64,000 nucleotides of DNA. Origin: an uncultured Actinomycetes bacterium. GTDB lineage: Bacteria; Actinomycetota; Thermoleophilia; RBG-16-64-13. A program made the translations under genes and the position numbers. Of the stretch, positions 47,998 to 59,281 are shown in pieces (position 1 is the first letter of the stretch; every line of letters begins with the position of its first letter). Below the pieces are notes generated by a model that saw only the letters and a list, made by a program, of their open reading frames with translations, was not told the origin of the DNA and searched no databases. The stretch is from NCBI GenBank assembly GCA_963706025.1, contig CAVPLM010000014.1, forward strand, positions 32,001 through 96,000. The letters run 5' to 3'.

Positions 47998-48922
47998 ATG
48001 AAGGTGACCGTGATCGGCGCGGCCGGCTCGGTGGGCGCGCCCGCTGCGTTCTACATCGGGGCTTTGGGGCTGGCCGACGAGATCGTGCTGATCGACATGC
48101 GCCCGAACGTGGTGCAGCAGCACGCCATGGACATGAGCACGGCTTTCTCGGCGCTCGCGGTGAGAGTGACGGCCGGGACGCACGAGGACATGGGCGGCTC
48201 GGACCTGGTCATCAACGCCGCCGGCGTGCCCCAAGGTCTGATCGCCGACCGCATGGAGATGCTTCCGAGGAACATCCCACTGGTGCGAGAGGTGGCGCTC
48301 GCGGTCAAGCGCCACTGCCCGGCCGCCTTCGTGATCACGGCCACCAATCCCATCGACCCTCTGAACTATGCCACCTGGCGGGCGGGGGGCTTCGACCGCC
48401 ATCAGCTCATCGGCTACTCGGTCAACGACTCGTTCCGTTTCCGCGAGATGGTGGCCCGGGCGAAAGGGGTCAAGGTCGGCCAGGTCGAGGCCACGGTGAT
48501 CGGCGAGCACGGCAGCACCCAGGTACCTCTCTTCAGTTCGGTGCGTATCGACGGCCGGCCGGTCTCCTTCAGCGAAGAGGAGAAGCAGGCGATCAGGGCG
48601 GAGATACCCACCATCTTGAAGCGGTACGAGGAGCTGCAGGCCGGCCGGACGGCCGGTTGGACGAGCGCGATCGGCCTGGCGGCCATCGCGCGCGCCGTCC
48701 TGGAGGATACTGGGGAGGTCTTCCCCTGCTCGGTGGTGCTCGACGGCGAATACGGCCGGCGGGGCATTGAGCATGTCGGTCCCGGTTAGACTGGGGCAGC
48801 ACGGGCGTGCAGGAGATACTGGAATGGGAGTTGGCGCCGGATGAGCAGAGCCGGACTGGATAGGACTGCGGCCGCGCTGGAAGCGGCGGCCCGCGATGGT
48901 GGATGAGAACCTGGCATCATAG
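47998..48922 (+). CDS. lactate/malate dehydrogenase family 2-hydroxyacid dehydrogenase; several frameshifts after about 48765
   Basis: VIGAAGSVG, NAAGVPQ, ATNPID, NDSFR, IGEHG, VLDGEYG..SVPVRLG. Confidence 0.85.
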
Positions 48923-48950
48923 CTTGCACCGTCGAAGGGAGAACTGAGGG

Positions 48951-51071
48951 ATGACCCAGCGTTTCGAGAAGCTGATGGAGCCGGGAATGATCGGCCCGGT
49001 GAAGACGCGCAACCGCATCATCAAGACCGCCAACGGTACCTCGTACATGGAGCCGGACCAGACTGTCGGGCCACGCATGATCGCCTACTACGAGCGCATA
49101 GCCAGGGGCGGGGTAGGCTTCTTGGTGGTGGAGTCCTGCGGCGTCGAGTATCCGCTGGGCATCCAGCACGTGCACTATCAGCCGGACGGCAGCTACGAGG
49201 GCGTGCAGCTGCACTTCGACGACGACAGGTTCATCCCCAGCTTCGCGCGCCTCACCGAGGCGGTGCACAAGTTCGGCTGCCCGGTCTCTATCCAGTTCCA
49301 GCATTCCGGGCCCTGGAACCCAACCGGCCTCCTTCCGCGGGATCCCAAGATCAGGGACGTCAAGGCCGCCTCCGCCATGACGGAAGAGGAGCTGCCCGGC
49401 CCCGACTTCCTGCCCTGCCGGGCCATGACCAAGCAGGAACTCGAGGACCAGATCGATCTCTGGGCCTCGGCGGCCGAGCGGGCCTGGAAGGCGGGCTTCG
49501 ACGCCTGCGAGATCAACCACGCCACCGCGCACCAGGGCAACACCTTCCTGTCGCGCATCTGGAACAAGCGGGACGACGAGTACGGCCCGCAGAGCTACGA
49601 GAACCGCACCCGCTTCATCCGCGACATCATCATGGAGGCCAAGCGCCGCTGTGGTCCCGGCTTCGCCGTGCATGCGCTCATCAATGCGGCCGAGTACAAC
49701 CACCCGCTGGCCACCACGCCTGGAAGAGGGCGCCGAGATGGCCAAGCTCATCTGCGAGGTGGCCGACGGCCTCAACGTCCGGGGCGAGCGCTACGGGCAC
49801 CGGGGCGGCATCCTCCAGCCCGACCGGCTCATGTATCCGGAGCCGCCGTACGACCTGCCCAAGGACCTGGATTGGAGCCGCAGAGGCGACGGGGCGGCGG
49901 TGCCGCTGGTCGAGGCGGTCAAGCGCAAGGGTGTCAAGGTCCCGGTGTGGACCGCCTGCCGCATCGACGCCGAGTGGGGGGAGAAGTACCTGCGCGAAGG
50001 CCGCCTCGACTTCGTGGGCATGACCCGCTTCCTGCTGGCCGACCCCGAGTACCCCAACAAGGTGCGCGAGGGACGCCTCGAGGACGTCCGCCCCTGCCTC
50101 GGCTGCCTGCACTGCTTCGAGACGCGCAACCGCAACAAGAAGCTCGAGTGCCGGGTGAACGGCGACCTGGGGCGGGAGATCATGCCCGAATACCAGGCGA
50201 AGCCGGTCGAACGCCGCAAGAAGGTGCTGGTGGTGGGAGGCGGTCCCTCTGGGATGGAGGCGGCGCGGGTCGCGGCCAACGCGGGCATGACGTCGTCCTC
50301 TACGAGAAGAGCTCTCGGCTGGGCGGCCTGGTCCCGCTTGAGCGCCATCGTCAAAGACTGCGAGACCCCGGAGCTGGTGGACTTCACCCGCTGGCAGGAG
50401 CGGGAACTTCAGAAGGCGGGCGTCAGAGTCCGCCAGAAGGTCGCCGTCTCCGCCGACGTCGTCCGGGCGGAGAAGCCCGACGCCGTCATCCTCGCGGCGG
50501 GAGCCGTCCATCCCGAGTCAGACCTGCCCGGGATGGACCGCAAGAGCGTTATCCGCACCGAGACCCTCTATCGGAAGCTCAACCGCTACCTCAAGGTCTT
50601 CAGTCCGGCCGCTCTGCAGAGGCTCACTCACCTGTGGATGCCCGTAGGCAGGCGTGTGGTGATCATGGGCGGGACGCTGCACGGCTGCGAGCTGGGCGAG
50701 TTCCTGGTCAAGCGGCATCGGCGGGTGATCATCGCCCACAACGGCCCCGCCTCGGAACTGGGGGACGAGATGGGCCGCGACGACCTGGCCAACTTGTGGC
50801 CCTGGTTCAGGCAGAAGTACGTGAGTCTCTGGCCTGACGCGGCCTACCGGGAAGTCACTGCCGATGGTCTTAGAATCCAGCAGCCCGAGAAGCGCCAGTA
50901 CGTCCTGCCCGGCAAGAGCATCATCAATACCCAAGACTGGGCGCCCAACACGGCCCTCGTCGAGGAACTCACGCCGCTGGTGGCCGAGATCCACGTGGCC
51001 GGCAGCGCCGGGAGCCTGGGTTGATGGCGGAGGCGGTGCGCGAAGGCGTACTTGCTGGATGCTCCGTCTGA
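48951..51071 (+). CDS. NADH:flavin oxidoreductase (OYE/2,4-dienoyl-CoA reductase/enoate reductase-like); several frameshifts
   Basis: RNRI, ARGGVG, AGFDACEIN, WNKRDDEYG..ENRTRF, ADP, RPCLGCLHC..C.VN, VVGGGPSGMEAA. Confidence 0.85.
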
Positions 51072-51090
51072 GCAGGGAAGGAGGGCGGTA

Positions 51091-52773
51091 GTGTTCCAGA
51101 CACTCGAAGGGGCAGTCCCTCACCTTGAGGACGATGCCGGGAGTACATCGAGTGCAGGTGGTGGAGCGGCCTGACCCTCGGAGACCTGCTCGATCGGGCA
51201 GCGCAGATCCATCCCAGCCGTGAGGCTTTCGTCGACAGGCAGAACCGGCTCACCTATGCCCAGGCCAAGGAGAAAGCCGATCGTCTGGCCGTCGGCCTCA
51301 TGGGTCTGGGCATCGAGCCGCTGGATCGGGTGTTCATGCAGCTACCGAACTGGAGCGAGTTCGTACCCGCCTACTTCGCCTGTCAGAAGATCGGCGCCAT
51401 CACCGTGATGTTGATCGACCGCTACCGCCAGCACGAGATCGAGCGGCTGGCGGACATCGCGGGGGCGAAGGCTTGGATCGTTGCCGCTCGAGTACGGCAA
51501 GACCGAATTCCTTCCTATCATCGAGGACGTGCTGCAAGAGTGCCCGCAGATCGCCAACGTCATCACCGTCCGGGGTGAGGTCGACGACCCGGCTTTTCCG
51601 GCCTCGAGCGGTTGATCGCGGAAAGCGAACTCACCGAGGAGATCTGGCTCGCCTGGCCGGGCGCAGGCCGGACCCGAGACAGGTGGCTCACATGGGTCCG
51701 ACCGGAGGAACCACCGGAGAGCCGAAGCTCGTGCCCCGCACCCACAACAGCATCGTCTGCAACGTCGAGTTCTGCTCGCAAGTCTGGGGTCAGCATTGCG
51801 AGGACGTCAACCTGATCGTGGGGTCGATCGCCCACGACCTCTCCTTCGGCAAGGGCTTCATGGGCAGCGTGATCACTCAGGGCAAGCTGGTGATGCTCGA
51901 TACCACCGACGCGCGGACCATCTGCGAGACGATCGAGCGCGAGCAGGTGACGTCGGTCATCTGGGTGCCTACCCTGGCGCAACGCCTGCTGCAGTACGAG
52001 GAGATCGACAAGTTCGATCTGAGCTGCGTGAAGAAGATGCACAGCGCGGGGGGCGCGGCGTTCCCTGAACTGGTGCGGGATGTATTCGGAAGGCTCAGTA
52101 TTCGGTTTCACAACGGCTACGGTGCCACCGAGGGCATGACGACAATCACGAGCGCCGAGGACGATATCGAGACGGTCTGCTCTACCGTGGGCAGGCCCAC
52201 TTGCCCGGGCGACACCTACAAGGTGGTGGACCGGGACGGCAACCCCTTGCCTCCGAACACGCCGGGCGAGCTTCTGGTCAAGGGGCCCTCGATGTTCACC
52301 GGCTACTACAGAAACCCCGAGGAGAACGCCAAGACCTTCGACGAGGACGGGTTCTTCAAGACCGGGGACGTGGCCACGATCGACGAGAACGGCTACATCA
52401 CTCTGACCGGCCGGCTCAAAGAGATGATCAACCGCGGTGGGGAGAGCATCAGCGCCACAGTGATCGAGCAACTCATCAATCGGCACCCCGAAGTCGCGGC
52501 CGTAGGCGGTCGTGGCCATGCCGGATCCCCTGATGGGGGAGCGGGTCTGCGCCTACATCCAGCCGGCTCCCGGCGCCCAGTTGGACCTTCGAGAGGATCA
52601 TCGCCTTCTTGCGCGAGGAGAAGGCCTCGGTGCTGGAATTGCCGGAGCGCATCGAGTTCGTGGAGGCCATGCCGTACTCGGGAGTCCAGAAGATCGACAA
52701 ACAGGCCTTGCGCGAAGACATCCAGAAGAAACTCGAAGCCGAGATCGTCGCCGGCGAGACACCGGAGGCATAG
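51091..52773 (+). CDS. AMP-dependent acyl/aryl-CoA ligase (DhbE-like); several frameshifts
   Basis: WWSGLTLGDLL, QLPNW, TGGTTGEPKLVPRTHN, YGATEG, FFKTGD, GRLKEMINRGGE, MPDPLMGERVCA. Confidence 0.85.
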
Positions 52774-52814
52774 CCCGCATGCGGGCCGACAGCCTAGGGA
52801 CGCAAAGGAGCGAG

Positions 52815-53370
52815 ATGTCTGCGACAGAGATCCGATTCCACGGCCGGGGAGGCCAGGGGGCCGTGCTGGCGGCGAGGATGCTGGCCTCGGCCTGCGCGGC
52901 CGAGGGCAAGTGCGTGGCCAGCTTCCCCATGTACGGGTTCGAGCGGCGGGGGATGCCGGTGGTGGCCTTCACCCGCTTCAGCGACGAGCCCATCCGGGAG
53001 AAGACCCAGATCTACACGCCCGACTGCCTGGTGGTCATCGACCCCACTCTGCTCGACCTCAAGACCCTGTTCGACGGGCTGAAGCCCGACGGGGTGCTGG
53101 TGCTCAACAGCCCCAAGGAGTTCTCCGAGCCGCCGCACCCCAGCGTCAAGCGGGCGGCGGTCATCAACGCCACCCAGGTGGCCCTGTGCGAGATCGGCCG
53201 CGACATCCCCAACACCTGCCTCATCGGCGCGCTGGCCAAGGCCACCGGCTGGGTGAAGCTGGAATCGGTGCTGCAGGGCCTGGCCGACTACCTGGAGGGC
53301 GACATGCTCAAGACGGAACATCCGCAACGCCGAGCGCGGCTACGAGGAAGTGGAGGTGATCACATGGTAG
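52815..53370 (+). CDS. porC: 2-oxoacid:ferredoxin oxidoreductase gamma subunit; frameshift near 53318
   Basis: EIRFHGRGGQGAV, FPMYGFERRG.PV.AF.R, VVIDPTL, PNT. Confidence 0.88.
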
Positions 53371-53724
53371 AGCGCGGCAAGGCGCCCGCCGGCGCGCAGC
53401 GCCCGACAGGCGCGGGCCCAGGCAGCAGCCCGAGGAGATCTTCCAGACCGAGGCCTGCTGGTCCGATATCCGAGCGGCGACCTGCTGTGCCTGCACACGG
53501 GCGACTGGCGCACCGAGCGGCCGGTGTTCGACAAGGAGAAGTGCAACGCCTGCGGCTTCTGCTACATCTTCTGCCCCATCCAGTGCATCGTCGACGACGA
53601 GGACGGCATCCACTACGCCGCCGACATGGACTACTGCAAGGGCTGCGGCGTCTGCGCCAAGGAGTGCCCCAAGGACGCGATCACCATGACCCCCGAAGGA
53701 GACTTCGATGACTGTCGCATCTGA
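53364..53724 (+). CDS. porD: 2-oxoacid:ferredoxin oxidoreductase delta subunit (2x4Fe-4S); frameshifts in N-terminal part
   Basis: TGDWRTERPV, CNACGFCYIFCP, YCKGCGVCAKECP. Confidence 0.88.
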
Positions 53725-54959
53725 GCGGGAAGGCCGCCGCGGTGGCGGTGCCGCCCGTCGCGGCCGGGCGCCAGACCAAGGTCATCACCGGCAACGGCGC
53801 GGCCGCCTGGGCGGCCATGCTCTGCCGCGAGTGTGGCGTATGCCCGACGTGGTGGCCGCCTATCCCATCACCCCGCAGAGCGAGGTGATCGAGCAACTGG
53901 CCAGGTTCCACGCCGACGGGCTCTTGGACTGCCAGTACGTCAACGTGGAGGGCGAGAACTCGGCCCAGAACGTGGTCTGCGCGGCCACCATGGCCGGGGG
54001 GCGGGCCTTCACGGCCACTTCGTCGTACGGCCTGGTCTACATGTACGACGCCATGTTCCAGACCGCGGGCTACCGAGCGCCGGTGGTGATGATCAACGTC
54101 AACCGGGAGCCTCCGGGCATCCACGCGGTGTGCTCCGGGCCAGCAGGACATGATCTCGGTGCGCGACACCGGCTGGGTGCAGCTCATCTGCGAGAACTGC
54201 CAGGAGATCATGGACACCACCATCATGGCCTTCCGCCTGGCCGAGGACTACGACATCCAGCTGCCGGTGATGGTCAACTACGACGGCTACTACCTGTCGT
54301 TCCTGGCGGAGTCGGTGGAGATCCCGGCCATCGCGGAGGTGGACGGCTACCTGGCGGCGCTGAAGAGCCAGCCGCCGCGGCCGCAGTTGCTGCCGGGCTC
54401 GCACTTGGGATGCGGCAGCCACGGCATCGGCATGGGCTACGTGGAGCTGCGCAAGAAGCACATGGCGGCCATGGAGCGGGTCAAGACCAAGCTGGAGGAG
54501 ATCGAGGGGGACTTCGCGGCGGCCTTCGGCCGCGGCTATGGCGGCCAGATCGAGGAGTACCGCACCGAGGACGCCGACATCGTGCTGGTGACCAGCGGCA
54601 GCGCCGTGGGGACGGCGCGCACCGTGATCGACGCCAAGCGCGAGGAGGGCATCAAGGTGGGCCTGGTGAAGCTCCGCCTCTACCGGCCCTTCCCCACGGA
54701 GCGGCTGAGCGCAGGCCCTCAAGGGCAAGAAGGCCATCGGCGTGCTCGACCGCAGCATCTGCTTCGGCTGGGACTGCGGCCCGCTCTACATGGAGACCCT
54801 GGCGCTCACGCCCCGAGATCGGCATCGTGCCCATGCTGAGCTTCATCGACGGCCTGGCCAACATGGACATCACCCAGGAGCACATCGGCCGGCATGATCG
54901 ACGACATCCAGGGGGCGTCCCAGGGGTCGCCCTACCAGCAAGTGACGTGGTTACCGTGA
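53708..54959 (+). CDS. porA: 2-oxoacid:ferredoxin oxidoreductase alpha subunit (PorA/PadG-like); multiple frameshifts
   Basis: ITGNGAAA, AYPITPQS, EGENSA, TATSSYGL, DGYYLS, KLRLYRPFP, LDRSICFG. Confidence 0.85.
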
Positions 54960-54982
54960 GCGACACGGCTACCGTGAGCGAC
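54952..54982 (+). repeat. 13 bp direct repeat at the porA stop
   Basis: TACCGTGAGCGAC at 54952-54964 and 54970-54982. Confidence 0.6.
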
Positions 54983-55020
54983 GGTGCCGCGCAGCCGCTA
55001 GGGCAAGCGAGGGTCCTGAC

Positions 55021-55949
55021 ATGGCTGAACAACGAAAGCGGCAGCCCAAGGTCTGTGAGTACTATCAGAACGAGGACCAGTTCTCGCCCGGGAGTCGCCT
55101 TCTGCGCCGGGTGCGCCCTCGAGCTGAACCTGAGGTTCGTCTCGCGGGTGCTGGGCAAGGACATCATCTTCGTGGGCACGCCGTCGTGCTCGGCGCCGGT
55201 GCTGCACGGGCAGAACGTGGCCGCCTGGCATAGGCACGCCTACTACGCCTGCACCATGACGGGCGTGGCCTCCAGCGCCTCCGGGCTCACCCGCTACTAC
55301 CAGCAGGCCGGCATCGACGCCACCGTGGTCTGCCACACCGGGGACGGCTGCGCCCAGGACGTCGGCTTTCAGACGCTGAGCGGAGCCGCCGAGCGCAACG
55401 AGAAGATGATCTACATCACCTACGACAACGAAGGCTACATGAACACCGGCATCCAGCAGAGCAGCGCCACCCCCTATCGGCGCCTCCACCAGCACCACCC
55501 CACTGGGCAGTGCCGGCCGCGGCAAGACCACCGGATCGAAGAACATGCCGCTGGTGATGGCCATGCACGACATCCCCTACGTGGCCACCGCCACCCTCAG
55601 CCACCTGGAGGACTACGCCAAGAAGCTGGTCAAGGCCAAAGCCAAGGCCAAGGAGGGCTTCGCCTACCTGCACGTCTTCTGCCCCTGCGTGGTGGGCTGG
55701 AAGATCCCGGTGGACTCGTCGATCCAGGTGTGCCGCGACGCCGTGAGGACCAACTACTTCCCGCTGTGGGAGATGGAAGACGGCGCCTGCCGCATCACTC
55801 ATCCGGTCAAGGACCCCAAGCCCGTCGGCGAGCTGACCACGACCCTGGGCAAGTTCAAGCACCTGCGCGACGAGGACCTGGCCGTCCTTCAGGGCCAGGT
55901 GGACCACCGCTTCAGGGTGCTCCAGGCTCTGTGTGCCGGCTCGGCCTAA
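55021..55949 (+). CDS. porB: 2-oxoacid:ferredoxin oxidoreductase beta subunit; frameshifts near 55090 and 55480
   Basis: FCAGC, TPSC, GDG, YDNEGYMNTGIQ, YVATA, FCPCVVGW, FPLWE. Confidence 0.88.
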
Positions 55950-56096
55950 GGGCCGGCCGCGCGGAGGTCGGCTACGGCGCCCAGGTCCGAGCTTCGCCTA
56001 GCGCGGCTCGGCGTAGGCAGACCGCCGCGGCGCAGGCCGCGGCGCGCAGGCCGCCCGGTCAGGCCCCCCGCCAGGTGTCTCGCGACAGGCGTCCCC

Positions 56097-56555
56097 TCAG
56101 ACGTCCTCGCCGCTGCCCTCCCGGACGTACTCGAAGCCGTTCCCCGTGGTGAAGAAGATGAAGGGTCGATCCACCCTGTGGACGACAAGGGGGCAGTGAG
56201 GCGTCCCCGCCGGGACGAAGACCGCGCACGACTTCGTCAGCATGCGTTTCTCGTCGCCCACCCAGAGCTCGACCTCTCCGTGCAGGTCCATCTGGTCGTC
56301 AGGGTCGGTCCCCAGGAACACCAAGTACTCGTCGAAAGCGTGGCTGTGTGACTCCCTGAGGTTGTCGACAGAGCCCGTCCGCAGCACCATGCAGGTCTCG
56401 AGGTAGAAGGCGCCTGGGAGGGTCCCGTCCAGTTCGTTGTCGATGTAGAGGGAATCGCACCAGGGGATGTCGCTGACCACGTTCCTGCTCTGGGGGTGCT
56501 CCGGGTGCGGTGGGGTCTCGGTGATGAAGTACTTGCCGTAGTCGCTCCGTTCCAT
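56097..56555 (-). CDS. cupin-fold hypothetical protein
   Basis: HSHAFDEYLVFLG..FVPAGTPHCPL metal-binding cupin motifs; AGGAG RBS. Confidence 0.75.
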   Translation of the reverse strand: MERSDYGKYFITETPPHPEHPQSRNVVSDIPWCDSLYIDNELDGTLPGAFYLETCMVLRTGSVDNLRESHSHAFDEYLVFLGTDPDDQMDLHGEVELWVGDEKRMLTKSCAVFVPAGTPHCPLVVHRVDRPFIFFTTGNGFEYVREGSGEDV

Positions 56556-56651
56556 GTGCTTCTCCTGAAGGTGTCGGTTCGGATGGGGCTCCCATTCTTG
56601 CAGATGTCCCGGCCGATCGCATGTGTGTGACCCGAGCGTAAGGCGCCCGAC

Positions 56652-56692
56652 AAAAAGAAACCCGCCCCCCTCGGTGGTCGAGGGGGGCGGGT
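56652..56692 (-). terminator. intrinsic terminator downstream of the substrate-binding protein gene
   Basis: ACCCGCCCCCCTCG-ACCAC-CGAGGGGGGCGGGT followed by TTCTTTTT on the minus strand. Confidence 0.85.
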
Positions 56693-56767
56693 CTGTCGTC
56701 AGTCGGTCACTGCGTCGACCACGTCAGCCGTATCATGGCTTCGAGGTCGCGGGCAGTCCGCTGATAT

Positions 56768-58130
56768 CTACCTTTCCTCCCAGGGGACGAACGTCACCGT
56801 CTTGCCGGTGGCGACTTCCGTCGGGGTAGAGGACCACGCGCTTCCCGCCCGATGCCCATTGGAACGCGAGGAACGGGATGTCGGCGATGCCTTGGTCGTT
56901 GTACTGGATGTCGCCCATGGCCGTGCCGGGGAAGCTGCCGTTGAAGACCTGATCCCTGACGGGGCCGGGTTCGAACACGCCGGCCCTCTCGATGGCGGTC
57001 GCCAGGATCTGCACGCCGGCGTAATAGAGGCCGATGCTATTGGAGGTGGCGCCGTCGTTATCAGCCGTGAAGGCCGCTCCCAGTTCCTTGCAGCGTAGGG
57101 GTACGGCAAGGTCTCCGACCAGAAGCCGTCGTAGCAGATGTAGTCCGCGTCGGCTCCAAGGCCATTATAGAAGTCGACGGGCCAGAAGCCCTTGTACCCG
57201 AAGATGTACTTCGGCGACCAGTTCGCCTCCTTCATCTGCTTGACGAACGTGATGCCGTCGCTGGGAGCGATCAAGGTGACTACCCCCTCGACTCCCGCCT
57301 CTTTGAACTTGAGGATGATCGAGGAGAAGTCCTTGTTGCCCTCGACGAACTTCTCGTACGACACGACTTCAAAGCCTGCCGCCTCGAGCCCCGCTTTGGT
57401 GGCGTCGCCGAAACCTACGCCATCCGGCGTGTTCTCGGTCATTACCGCGAACTTCTTCGGAACATCGGCCGGATCCATCGCCTGTGCCCCTCCCACGGCC
57501 ACGAGGCCGGAATCGGCAGCCGACTCGAACATGTCGGTGGACCACCTCAGATCCATGCCACCGATGAATCCCGCGAAGGATCCATCAGGGCTGGCCTCGT
57601 CGGTCCAGCTCGACACGATGTGGAAGTAGGCCTCATACTGCTCGGCCACTGTCGCCGCCGCCTGGTTGACCGGAGTGATGTTCGAGCTGAGGATGATCTT
57701 GATGCCATCGCTCTTGATCAGCTTCTCCATGGCCGCGGCGCCCTCGGTAGGCTGGCTCTTGTCGTCGACGTACTTCAGCAGCGAGCTTGTGCATCTTGCC
57801 GTCGGCGAGCTTGACGCCACCCTTGGCGTTGATGTCGGCCACGGCCTTCTCCTGTGCCCATTTCTCCTCTTGGCCGGTCAGAACGTTCGAGCCGGTCAAG
57901 GAGTTGATCGAACCGATGACGAGGTCGTCGCCCATTTCCGCTCCCGCGGCGGTGGTGTCGGTGCTCGCAGGCGCGGTGGTCTCGGTGGCTGGCGGTGCCG
58001 TGGTCTCGGTGCTCGCCGGCGCGGCAGTTGTGGTGGTCTCTTCTTCGCCGCAGGCTGCCAGGAACATGGTTCCCATCAGACCTAGAACGAGGAGCGTCAG
58101 AGTCAGAATCAGCAGTTTCTTGCTTCTCAC
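56768..58130 (-). CDS. Liv-type ABC transporter substrate-binding lipoprotein with Thr/Ala/Pro-rich linker; frameshifts near 57780, 57090 and 56820
   Basis: Lipobox LAAC, linker EETTTTAAPASTETTAPPATETTAPASTDTTAAG, INAKGG, YVDDKS, KDFSSIILK. Confidence 0.85.
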
Positions 58131-58543
58131 GATATCCCCCTTGGTTTCTCTTGGGAGCTGATGTTGGGTTGAACGACACTAGCCAAGTGCAGTCACCTCA
58201 TAGATTTCCCCCCCGAGTTATTCCTGCCCAGTTGGATCAGCGTTTGTTCCATGGACTGCAGGACTGGCGTGATTATAGCAGGATGCCTTGGCTGTCATCG
58301 AACGGTGGCCAATCGGCAGGTGCGAGCGGTGGCGGATCAGCCGGTCTGTTCTTCCCAAAGTTCGCCGCCATCTGTTATGGTGGCGCGGCGCTCGTATGCG
58401 AGCGTGTGTTTCGGCGGCATCGTTCCAATCGGGGGGTACCACTTGCAGTCACCGGTGCGGTGGTTGGGGGTTCTCATACGACTCCGCGCGGCTCGTCGAC
58501 GGCCCGGTTCTCTCGGACAGGGTGCGGGCGGTAGGTAGGCATC

Positions 58544-59281
58544 ATGCCGGCCGGGGAACCCCTTCTTGCGCTGAGCGGAGTCTCCAAGCACTTCGGTGGT
58601 CTGCAGGTCATCACCGATCTGGACTTCGTCGTGCACGAGGAAGAGATCGTGGGGTTGATCGGCCCCAACGGCGCCGGAAAGTCGACGGTCTTCAATCTCA
58701 TCACTTCGATATACCCGATAGATCGTGGCACTATCCGGTTCAAGGATAGGGAGATCGCCGGCCTTGCTCCGCACAAGATCTGCCACTTGGGGATATCGAG
58801 GACCTATCAGCTTGTCAGGGCTTTTCTAAAGATGTCGGCCTTTGAGAACGTCATGACGGCAGCCGTGTACGGGGGCAGGCACCACGCCCAGAGTGCCAAG
58901 GAGCGCACTCTGGAAGCCCTCGAACTCGTGGAGTTGTCCGGCAAGCGGGACATCAAGGCGGCGCACTTGACTCTCTCCGACCGTCGCCTGCTGGAGATAG
59001 CGATGGGCCTGGCCTCCATGCCGGCGCTCATCCTGCTGGATGAGCCCATGGCCGGACTGACCGACGTCGAGATAGAGCACCTGCTCGGTTTGCTCAGGGC
59101 GATTAGGGACGAACGTGAGTTCTCCATCCTGTGGATCGAGCACAGGGTGGACGCAGTCCTGGACTTCTGCGACCGCGTCGCCGTGCTCGATTACGGGGTC
59201 AAGATCGCGGATGGGTGTCCGGACGACGTGGCGTGCGACCCGCAAGTCATAGAGGCGTACCTTGGCGAACCAGTTGCTTGA
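58544..59281 (+). CDS. livG: branched-chain amino acid-type ABC ATPase
   Basis: KHFGGL, GPNGAGKST, RTYQ, LLDEPMAGL, IEH, VIEAYLG. Confidence 0.9.
   Translation: MPAGEPLLALSGVSKHFGGLQVITDLDFVVHEEEIVGLIGPNGAGKSTVFNLITSIYPIDRGTIRFKDREIAGLAPHKICHLGISRTYQLVRAFLKMSAFENVMTAAVYGGRHHAQSAKERTLEALELVELSGKRDIKAAHLTLSDRRLLEIAMGLASMPALILLDEPMAGLTDVEIEHLLGLLRAIRDEREFSILWIEHRVDAVLDFCDRVAVLDYGVKIADGCPDDVACDPQVIEAYLGEPVA

Noticed and set aside
51022-51024. TGA near the end of the OYE-type gene as a second selenocysteine
   Set aside because: Not at a Cys position; the conserved tail (EPGLMAEAVREG) lies in another frame
1312-51123. Long antisense or alternative-frame ORFs (e.g. 1312-2571, 12484-13953, 35035-36297, 44494-45696, 46272-47618)
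   Set aside because: Shadow ORFs expected in high-GC DNA opposite well-supported genes; no motifs
53708-56152. 814 aa ORF as a fused PorA-PorB protein
   Set aside because: Chimera of alternating correct and incorrect frames; separate porA stop (54959) and porB start (55021) are visible
45656-58130. Mass pseudogenisation or programmed frameshifting of the catabolic cluster
   Set aside because: Indels are scattered, lack slippery heptamer or pseudoknot context, and catalytic motifs are intact; sequencing error is more parsimonious
58131-58543. Riboswitch or ncRNA in the long divergent region before the Liv transporter
   Set aside because: Only short GC hairpins; no T-box, SAM, TPP, cobalamin or glycine consensus recognised by eye (an Rfam cmscan would be decisive)
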